64,000 nt of DNA from Selaginella moellendorffii (Eukaryota > Plantae > Lycopodiophyta). Position 1 is the first letter of the stretch, and every line of letters begins with the position of its first letter. The notes below the pieces were generated by a model. That model was not told where the DNA came from. It worked only from the letters and a program-made list of their open reading frames with translations, and ran no database searches. The position numbers were made by a program, and so were the translations under genes. Positions 11,936-21,819 of this stretch are shown here, piece after piece. Location of the stretch: positions 566,964 to 630,963 of the forward strand of contig NW_003314351.1 of the NCBI RefSeq assembly GCF_000143415.4, written 5' to 3'.

Positions 11936-13237
11936 CAGGAAGCACAAGTGCCGAATATCAAGAGGAAGCGGTAGCCACACCAAAGACAGTGTCGCTCGCA
12001 ACACCGCAACTACTCGTAGCGCCGCTCGCAACACTGCAACTGCTCGTAGCGCCGCTCGCACAAACTGCCACTCGCATAAACTGCCGCTCGCAATGGCGCT
12101 CGCAATGCCGCAACCGCTCGTAGACGCATAAACCACAGCTCACAACGCCGCTTACACAAGGCCGCTCACAATGCCGCTTACACAATGCCGCTTTGCAGTG
12201 TCGATGGAAAGGTCAGTGCACACCAAACTGTAAAATCTTGGAGTGAAATAACGGTCGGATCTATGGCAAATGCCCCTGAAAAATTGTAAGGCTCGTGTGG
12301 TCTCATGTGGTGTCCGTTCGAGATGCTTCTTTGCAGAGTCATCAAGAAAGACATTGTATACCATTCTGTAAAATCTAGTTGCGATCTAACGGTTGGATCT
12401 CCAGCAAACTCAAAAAAATCTCGCGCGTGTGAGAATATTCTAGGAATATACTCCTATGTCCCCCTGAAAATGGCATGCAGCCCCACGCCATTCAAGAGAT
12501 AACGCCAGATGACGCCGAGCATTTTTTGGTGCATTTTTTGGGATTTTTTGTATACCATTCTTTATTTAGCTGAACATCTGGCATTTTTGGAAATACAAGA
12601 TGCTTTGGAATATCCAATCATGCATGGTATAAATATAGCGAGGGTATTAAATGATATCCCAATCATGATCTTTCTTTTGGATTTCGCGTGCATGCAGTCT
12701 GAGGAATGATGACGTTGCGGATTTCTTTTGGATTTCACGTGCATGCATGCGCGCGGCGATCCAGAAATTAATGGTGGCGCCCAAGTCCGAGGAATGATGA
12801 CGTGGCGGGATTACCAACCGTCGTGACATTTCGCGCGTGTGAGGTTAGGTTTTGCATTTTGCTTCGTACTCACGCTCGCACACTCGCGCTCGCATCGCGC
12901 TCCCACTCGCGATCACGCTCACATTCGCGCTCATCTACCTTCTCTACAGGTTTCTCGTGTGCATCGGCGTCCACTCGCGCTTGCATCACACTCGCGCTCG
13001 CATCGCGCTCGTGTGCATCGACGTCCACTTCAAGACACACCCAGTTTGTAACTTCGCCGCCAACTCCGCCGCCCACTCCGCCACCCACACGCAGCCCACT
13101 TGGCGTCCCGGGAGATTTCAGTGCCACTCTCCAACTGTAAGTGGCAGAGTAGCCTTGCTGCTACGATCTGCTGCACACACAGTGCACATTCGCCAGCGAG
13201 TCCGGCCTCGATTGTCACGGCCTCCATTCGGCTTCAA
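11936..13237. promoter_or_regulatory. Putative bidirectional promoter and 5' UTRs between the divergent transposon genes
   Basis: CpG-rich, with short tandem repeats (GCCGCTCGCA units at 11990-12195; TCGCGCTCGCA units at 12870-13020). Contains E2F-like TTTCGCGC (12829), MSA-like TCTAACGGTT (12385) and duplicated GAGGAATGATGACGT. Confidence 0.5.
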
Positions 13238-16200
13238 ATGGTAAGTCTTTTAAGCCAAGTAGAAAATGGCATGAGGCCACATGCCATTCAGTAGCAACAT
13301 TGGCATGCACCGATTGGGCTCTCGAGTGCAGTCCGGTTACAGATGGCGTGTAGCCTCACGCCATCTTAGGATGCAGCCTCAAGACATCTGATGCAGTGGT
13401 GAATGGCGTGTGGCCTCACGTTATTTCCAGCTGCTAGCTTTTCATCTGTCAGCTCTAATTGTTGTGCATTTCTGAATAGGCGAGGAATTGCATTCTTCTT
13501 CCAGCCACTGTCAATGTGGATGCAGAGAAGGGGGAGGAGCTCACCAGTTGGACTTTCGGGATGAAAGGCGAGGATCTGAGGCTGTACAACACAGATGGTG
13601 GGAGAAAAGAATGCATGGGGATCCTCATCCAAGTGACAGACACTCCATGCAGTTCCATGCAAGAATATGGACTGGCACTTGTGGTAGAGACAGCGTCCGC
13701 CTTCAAGATCCACCTTGCACATCCTAGTAGCTTCCCGGAGGGGGGCAGCGGCTATAAAGAATTCCTAGAGGGAGCTAAGGAGAGGTTGTCCAGGAGTCCC
13801 ACAATTTCAAAGACGCTGCGGGTCTATGAAGATCACATGGAATCCACGGACCTTACCTACGGCGATGTTCAAAAACTATATTCCAACATTGAGCCGTTGA
13901 AAGTGACTCTAGTTCGCGAAGCGAAGGGGAAGGGGGTCGATCTGGAAACTACCCCGAAGCAGAAAAGGGTGGTCAAGCTCAAGCCGACGTCCGACTCTCC
14001 TGGTCCAAAAAAGAAGCTACTCGGTGATGCCATTGCCTCGGGTTCGAACACTACACCCACCAAAAAGAAGAGCCGCAAAGAGCAAAAAGAGCAAGAAGAG
14101 GCAGCAAAAATCGTCGCAGATAATAGTACTTGTTACTATTCCAACAAAGTATATACAATCGACGTGAGCCACATCGACATCCAAAGCAAATACAACCACA
14201 GGCTAGTATCTGATGAGTGGGTGGAGAAACTGAAGCAGAAGATGCTGGCAAGTCCAGTAACACCCGACATCGCAGACGTGATCCCCTACTACCGAACAAT
14301 GAAGGGCGAGACGAGGTTTCCAGACTTGATCAATAGGAAGGTGTTGGACGATCAGAACATCCAGTTCTATGCCGTCTCCGGGCAGCATTCTAGTTTGGCG
14401 ATGCAACAGATAGTTGTGGATATTATGGTGGGCGAGGAGGTGAAGAAAGTCTTCAAGACAAGAGTTGTCCGCCTGATAAAAGGCAACTCACCCCTCCGAT
14501 CTATCATATCCATCTCCCACGCGCAGAATGTCAAGCAAGAAACGTGCTACAAATCGGGTCTGCATGAGACATTGGCACGAACACGGAAGCTCTGGGTTCA
14601 ACTGAAGAAGCCACAAAAACCAGGACAAGGACGTGCACTAGCAACTAGCGCCTGGCAGGTAAGCCTCGTTGCATGTGGCATAGCATGTGGCCTCACGCCA
14701 TTTCCATTGCAGGAATTCTCGAGTCTTCTCTCGAAAACACTGGGGGTCAATGACACACTCAGCATCCATAACATTCTACTCGCGACAAAAGTTGTTTTTG
14801 ACAAATGGGTAGATGTGCTGAGGAGGTACCATGACGGGGAGTTGCTAAACTCAATGGGTGTGGAGGACGGCCGGAAGCCCAATGATTTGAAGCTCAACGC
14901 CTTGCGTTTCTTGCGGTCTCTAGACGACGACGACCTTCTGACAGTGGCTAATGCTCTTCTACGTGGTGAGGTAGTCTTCAACAAGACCAAAATGACTCCT
15001 GGCCATATTGTGACATACGAGGACTTGTGCACGACTCTGAGAGCTCGTGCGCTATTGAAGGATTGGATCTTCGAGCAAGTGGCCGTGGAGAGGGTGAGCA
15101 TCGACACCATGCAAGAGATGATGGAAGAGCTGAAGTTGTCAAATGAAGACATCGACGAGTACGTGAAGGGGGCCCCCAAGTTCATCGATCTGCTGCGGGA
15201 TGCCACGAAAAGTAAAGCTGAGAAGTTGGATCAGTATCCAAATTTCATTAAGAGGGATGTCGACCGCCGGCTTCAGAAACAGCTCGACCCCGCAGCAGAG
15301 GCCTATCGAGAACCTTACCGGGTATACGTGAATTCGGATGAGGATCAAAGGTGGAGGAGCATCGTTTCCCGCGGAGATGAGTAGGTCAAGAACATCTTTT
15401 GTGTGATGGACTTCACAAGCGAGGAGATCACTCATGCAGACGAAGTCAGCTCCATCATTGACTTAATGGTGGGACTTGCGGAGGTGGAATCTTCAATCCA
15501 CTATATGATCTACGACTCCGAATCCTATCACAAGTTCTGGAAGGCCTTGAACAAGGTGAAGGCTCGGTTGAAAGGCAAGGAGATGCAGGAGATCCATGGG
15601 ATAATGGCTAAGAAGAAGATACTGACGAATGTCCGCATCTTCACACTCGCCTTTGTTATTGGTCCTGCAGCAGAGTGGGACTGGAGTGACTTCCCAGCTT
15701 CGTTCGACAAGGCCAATCGAATTGATCTGAGGGAGGTCAATTTACCCATGCCTGAGGAACTAAAGACGGCTATGGAGCTTTCGAATCCAGAGAAAGCTCC
15801 AGGTGCAGCATGGGAAATGCTCAGCTGGGTCTTCAACGCAATAGCGGGTGGGTCACCTGCTTCCGACTCAGAGGTACAATGGATGAGGGATGCTTTTCAA
15901 GTTAGGGCCACGTTTTTCTCATCTCGTCGTCTTCGAAGGGTGCAAGAACGTGCAGAAACCATGTTAAGACAGTCAGGTGAGGATACGGTCCTAGGTCACG
16001 CACTAAAACAGGCTGTGGATGTCTTGTATTTTGAGATGGAGACTCGGCCAGATGATTTTCCCAAGATGGTCCTGGAAGAACAAGCCATCAAGCCTGAGCA
16101 GCCTATGGAAGAAATGCAGGAGGGGGATGAGGAGCCAGAGAAAGATAATGAGCAGGAAGAGCAGAAGGACGAAGAGGAGGACAAAGAAGAGGAGGACGAA

Positions 16201-18098
16201 GAGGACTTGGATGGTCCTCACAATGGTGACGATCACAATAACAACGACGACGATAATGATGACGATGGCCAGCCTGAGGTGGCCAAAGAGCAGCGGAGGA
16301 AGGTCATACAAGACAAACCATCAGGTAAATAATAGTACATCCATTCCTAACCTTTTACCATTTCTAACATTGTCCATGTAGGTCGCAAAGCAAATGGTAA
16401 GTAGAGATTATTCAGTTGAATTAAGATACAAACTCTAGCCTTTAGTGTCGAGGAAGGATAGTGCCAAGCAAGGGTCGAAACGTATGTCCAATCCTTCAGA
16501 ATCAGCAGTGCGCCCAAGTGATATCGGTCCTAGTTCCTCAATAGCAGTTGATGGTAAATACAATATAGTCGATTCAATGTGCTAATGAGTTTGTTTTTAG
16601 TAGCCAGTAGGGAGGATACCATCTCAATCGAAGGGAGATATTTGGACATGCATATGGATCCGCCAGTGGACTCTACTTGCCTGCAAGAGTCATCAGAGCT
16701 GGTGGAGGCTACTATCCATATCAACGCCAAGCAAGCTGACCATGCTCCACTTGATGCTGCCCATACCACTGAGTCAATCTTGTCCACATATCCAACTGAC
16801 GGTGACCAGGCGCCATTGGACCCGCATGAGGCCGCCCCAGCCGCCGAGCCGGTCGTATCCTCATTTCCAACGGACTCAACGTGTGCCCAATCGTCTGACT
16901 ACACGCCGTTGGAACCTCCCTACACCGCCCCTGCTGTCTGTTCGGTCATGTCCACTTTGCCAATGGAGGCACCAGCTGAAATGGCGTGTGATCACACGCC
17001 ATCGGAACCACCCCATGCCACTGTTGAGCCAGTTGTACCAGAGTCTACAGCTGAAATGGCATGTGCCCACACGCCATCGGATGCGATTGACCCCACATTG
17101 CAGAGGAGAGTATTTCCGCCCTTCACGTTTCCTCGACCAAAACCCTTTCAACGACCATCGGGAGCACCATTCGCTAATATTGTAGATGGTAAAATTTACT
17201 TGTACCATTTTTTATGCTGACGCATTTCATTTCAGAGTCACGGCGAAGGTACTGTATCGTTTTTGATCTGAACGGTGTCCTTTTCTCCCATGAGCGTGGC
17301 TCGTCCTCGAATGTCACTGCACCCTCCAAAGCCTGCGGTTGCAAGTTGGTCAAAAGAGACAGATTCACATTAATCACACGGGAGAAACTGCGGGATCTAA
17401 TAATGACCATGCGACACTTAAAACAGAGGGCCGGGTTCAATTTGCAATAGAAAGTTTGGACATCCATGATGCGCCACAATGCATTAACGTTGCTACAGAT
17501 GATGCACGATCAGACGCAAGTAATATTACCATTTGACTTTCTCCTAACGCAGGAGGATTGCTTGACTATGGTCCATGTGAGGGGTAGCAAGCCCATCTTC
17601 GTCAAGCCAGAGGCTGTAGTGATGAACCGGACTGCTAGGTCAAGTGAAATCCTCATCATCGATGACTCGCCGATTAAAATTGCAGCGAACACGCACACAT
17701 ATGCAGTGCACCCCATCTCTTGCAGAATGGAAACTAGGGAGAAGAAACCGTATGTTCTGGGGGACCTTGCAAAACGGCTTGGAGCGATGGTGATAGAGAA
17801 CCGGCCAGTCCAGAAGGTGGCTGCAGAAATCAACCAAATGGCAGATGGAACGGTATATTAGAAGCCATTTGATCGGACAGACACCAGTCATCATTTATGG
17901 CATGTATATTGTCTAGCCAAGCACTATCCGCATCTCCATAATCTGCTCAACCGGATGGGTTCTTCGACCACTGAACATGAGCGTGGACGTATTAGAGAAG
18001 AGATGGCATTACTATTGGGTTTAAATCCTGATAGTGTGGAGAGTGATGAAATTCCAAGATTATTGTATAGGCGTTGGAGGCAAAAAATAACAGTCTGA
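13238..18098 (+). pseudogene. Transposon accessory gene, ~1455 aa in 7 exons: ParB/Srx-like domain, acidic tract, Pro-rich linker and FCP1/NIF-like HAD phosphatase
   Basis: Exons 13238-13240, 13480-14658, 14713-16324, 16382-16396, 16446-16553, 16601-17188 and 17236-18098 all have GT-AG junctions and splice in frame (4368 nt). HAD motifs: IVFDLNGVL, VWTSM, KPIFVKP, ILIIDDSPIK. ParB-like: IDVSHI...NHRLVSDEWVEKL...FYAVSGQHS. Three in-frame TAG stops (15382, 17448, 17859). Confidence 0.82.
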
Positions 18099-18516
18099 GA
18101 TGGCATGTATTTATTTAAAAATGTAACTTATTATGGCATGGGGTTCCATGCCATTGTATTAATATTAAAAGACAATTCTTTGAGAGGATTTGCATTATAC
18201 TAGAAGTGTTACAGCATGTTATTGGAAGTCTACGAAGTTGTTTTATTAATAAGGGGAAAGTAAAGATTGAATGGGGACTTGGGCTCCACCTAGACTCGGA
18301 GCAACTGAGCCAATATTAAAAGGATGGAAAGAAATTGGATGACGATGACAAGGAGAAGAGAGAGGTGAAGCAGTGGCAGGGGGAGGAGAAGTGATTGAGT
18401 AGACATTTCCTTGTTTAAAATAAAATGGCATGTGCCTCAATGCAGTTGAATTTTGTTATATTTATATACTATATAAAGGTTTGGAAACCTTATTTTACAA
18501 GTGGGATAATGACAAT

Positions 18517-18540
18517 TCCCACTTTAACGAAATAGAGCTT
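18517..18540 (-). repeat. Right TIR
   Basis: TCCCACTTTAACGAAATAGAGCTT followed by the TSD CTCT. Confidence 0.95.
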
Positions 18541-18544
18541 CTCT

Positions 18545-19240
18545 CCAAACCACACATCTTTAACATCTTTAACTATGTAAGTGTTGCTACATGCTCTCAC
18601 TATGAAGGCCATCAATGAAGTAGGACTTGTTTTGATTTGGATCCTTTATTGGAACATGACTAATCAAGCGAGTAAGCTTCTCAATATAGTCCCCAAGCGT
18701 CATTTTCCCTTGCTGGAAATGTCGAAGTTTTGTATGAGCATTCTCCATGTCGTAATGAGAAACATAAATGGAAAGCAGCCTCGAACTCATCCATGGTAGA
18801 CACTGGCTGTTTCTTATCTGCAACACAAGACTCCTCAAGCCAATACCACCATCGAAGACCTACATCACACAAAACCATTAGAATAGCCACTAAAGCCTCT
18901 TCATCTAGAGTTCCCCTAGCAGCCAAGAACTTCTTCACATTGGCTAGCCAAGTGAGACACTCGTCCACACCATCATCACCGGAAAAGGTTGGAATCTTAA
19001 GTTGATCTACCAAAGAAAGCTTACTTGGAGCACTACCACGTTCAGCCTTGAGTGCCTCAACACGCCCACGCATGGTATCCATCATGCCATACATCTCATC
19101 TTGCATCTCTTGCTGATTTCAATTAAGGGCTTGCAGCTCATGAACCACATCTTGAATGGTCCAAATCTCTGTAGCTTCGTCAACACCATTGTCGGCACCA
19201 CCATCGACAATAGGATTCCAGCGTTCAGCTTGGTCGGCCA
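18545..19240 (-). pseudogene. Gypsy gag (5' part of the element split by the DNA transposon)
   Basis: LKIPTFSGDD...WLANVKKFL...LRWWY...F and LRHFQQGKMTLGDYIEKL...FIDGL are typical retrotransposon gag motifs. Frameshifted. Confidence 0.85.
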
Positions 19241-19265
19241 TCACAACCAACTTCTTTGATACTAA

Positions 19266-19498
19266 TGTTATGTTCTAGCGCAAAAAGACAGAGATCTAGC
19301 TGCCCTAGACTATGCTACGCCACCTCTTGAGGTTCCTCACCACCCAACCACCCCTGAACTACCTCAAAAGCTCCACTATGCTGCTGCTCAACTGTGAGCC
19401 CTAGGGTAGGTTAAGTCCCTTACCCTAACATGCCTTAATATACCCTTGAGCCTCCCTTTGACCAACGTTGACCACATGGTCAAAGCTGGCACCTAACA
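19266..19498 (-). mobile_element. Probable 5' LTR of the Gypsy element
   Basis: TGTTA...TAACA termini, preceded by a degenerate Met PBS (CTTTGATACTA, ~19254-19264). Confidence 0.6.
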
Positions 19499-19718
19499 AT
19501 TTTGGTACAAGTTCTTGGGACAAAACAAATCCCACCCCAAACAAATGTGGCCACTCTCTTTGGCCTTTCTACATATTTCTTCCCATTTAGTTTTCTTACC
19601 TTTAACCTTGATGACATAAAGCACGCTTCACAGGGCTTTTTAATCACTTAGAAGCTTATAGCAATAATGATGAAATCCCTTTGAATTTGAACTTTGAATT
19701 AAAAAGAAAATTAAAAAC

Positions 19719-21819
19719 CATATACCATGTTGTGGCTTCACACCTGCACACCTCCTTTTCATCTTCTTAACAGGTAGAGTGCCTTGATGCTATTCATTGA
19801 AATATAATGCTTTCAGCAGTTCTGTATTGTGTTTGCACAGTAATAACAATGTCAAAGAACATAAAAGGGAAAATTGCCTTAATTTCTTTGTGGAGACCAC
19901 TAATTACTTCATTCACTATACACTGCTACTCTTCTAGGGTCAAAACACTAGAGTTTCATCCAGATCCTTATTCCTCACGCCAAGAGAAAATTGAGCTTTT
20001 TTCTTCACTGCTAGCTAAGCCTTGAGTGCTGCTTGAGCATCAGCATCTTTAAAACTCACCATGGACATGAGTACACCAGGATGAGAGCAGCACATGGGAC
20101 CTTGGATTGTAATAGCTGTTGTTGCAGCCTCTCATGATATGCCACCAGTCCTCCAATCAAGCTGACAAGATCAAACTCTTGCCATGTTCTCTTGCTTAGT
20201 GGAGCTTACCAAGAGCAAGCAAGTGAAGATCATCGAGTCTGTCTGTGATGATTCTCTCATTTGAGAGTGTTGGCTATTTAATCTATCTGGCCATCTGCAA
20301 GCAGTGAAAACTTACCTCAAGATGAGGATACTCGAGAGGAAGACATGGCTGAGAAGGTGACTGCCAATGGGAGAAGATTTATCAAGGTTGTGGAGGCTGC
20401 CAGCTCCTTCTTGACAAGTGTACATCATTTGTATTCACTTATCACATTCTGCAGTCACAGGATCTGTGATCTTCCCCTTACTCACAAGACATTACCAATA
20501 TGACAGACCTGTCTCTCCAAGACTAGGCCATCCATTCCAATCCTATAACCACTCCTTACCATCCTTAGAGCAGTGTTACCTGTGGGGGGCCCTGGGAAAA
20601 TTCCTGGTCCTCCCATGTTATATGTGGCTCTTTTAGGCAATTAGGGCCCAGAATCTGTTTGTTTGACCTAGGAGCGCCCCAGGCCCCGATTCTGGGCCCA
20701 GGATCCTTCAGATCAGCCTGGGAGGAGCCCTGGCCAATCCTAAAATAAAATTTTAGGTTTGGCAGGAAATGAGGTGGTGCTACAGCCAACATGCCCAAGA
20801 AAATTCATGGGAGATGGAATCACTGCACCAGCCCTCAAGAGGACAATCAGGTAGATCACCAGTCCAGATCACAAAGCACCCACCGCAACATCAAAGGTAT
20901 AATTACAAGCTACAAACCAAGTAAAAGCTAGAAAATTTTGTGTTTGTATTCATGATGGATTTCTAAGAAAAGTTTGCATATATAGCCTTAGTTTCAGTTC
21001 AAAATTCTCATTTGTTTGCAAGTTAGAGTCTTGGGGATGCTATGGTGAGCTAAAATCTTCATTTCATTCAAGCTAAAAAAATTTTTTTTAGGAAACTCAA
21101 ATGGACTTGGAACTCATGCAAACTCCAGAGGTAAGTGTTTAAGAAATTAGATTGTGCTTCTAGAAACATATCTAGTGTAGTCTATGCAGAAATCACTTGC
21201 TTAACAAAGTGTTCCACCACCAGGACTTCTCTAAGTCCACAAGATTTATCTAATGTGAGTTTTTCAAGTTTATGTTTTACTGTTTGCAATCCAATTGGCT
21301 TTGGTTCTTTCCTCATCCATAGTTACATTTCAACAGCAAGGAATATATAGGCTGCCTCAACACCTCTACTTTCAAGCTCTCAAATCTAGGCTGGTACATA
21401 TTAAGTGACAAATGCATCACTCGGAATTTGGATCACAAGGAGCTCTATAATAAAATAGATCAACACATTCTAAAGAGTAGAATTGCAAATCCAAGATTTG
21501 CTGCTTCCAATGAGCACAATACAAACAATGAGCACCAATACCACAGTTTTGTCTCCCAAGGACTAGGCCATTTGTCTTTGAGTGGTCATCCCATAACCAC
21601 ACCTTAGCATCCTTGGGATGCTCGAAGACATGGGGAACACCCTTCCTTAATATATCTTCTTCAGTACCCACCAAATCCCTCTCCATCCATGGTAATGCTT
21701 GCTAACATCGCCACTGGGTCAGAACCTGAAGGCCCAACCACTAAGTCCTATCGACCTCAAGGGACTTCCTCACTATGTGACCATATCTTTAGTCATTACA
21801 CAAGAGGACTACTCCTCTT
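19719..21819 (+). repeat. Segmental duplicate, copy 1 (pairs with 59349-61458)
   Basis: Near-identical sequence over ~2.1 kb. The same short ORFs appear in the ORF track for both copies. One 10-bp indel. Confidence 0.95.

Larger units (their letters stand above)
7151..18447. repeat. Dispersed 24-bp palindrome AATGGCRTG-N6-CAYGCCATT (~19-20 copies)
   Basis: Copies start at 7151, 7466, 7555, 8155, 8315, 8461, 9803, 9860, 11706, 11776, 11874, 12469, 13265, 13342, 13402, 14679, 16980, 17055, 18132 and 18424 (some degenerate). Half-sites lie near 7945-7985, 17896 and 18099. Confidence 0.92.
6926..18540. mobile_element. Full-length 11.6-kb TIR DNA transposon (Sola-like, DDD/DUF7869-type transposase) with an accessory ParB-like/FCP1-like gene
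   Basis: Perfect 24-bp TIRs at 6926-6949 and 18517-18540. 4-bp TSD CTCT at 6922-6925 and 18541-18544. Removing the element restores an open Gypsy frame (WFGEGVQPPVAMLSA). A second copy starts with the same terminus at 61459. Confidence 0.93.

Noticed and set aside
9159-17861. Programmed readthrough or U-to-C editing of the in-frame stops
   Set aside because: Copy 2 has sense codons at the comparable positions and a different stop of its own. Ordinary deamination explains them.
13238-18098. ORF2 as a resident host gene
   Set aside because: It lies wholly within TIRs and a TSD that interrupt a Gypsy pol gene, and it shares the element-specific palindromes.
7151-18447. Palindromic repeats as a CRISPR array
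   Set aside because: Spacing is irregular (57 bp to >2 kb), copies are degenerate, there are no cas genes, and the context is eukaryotic with introns.
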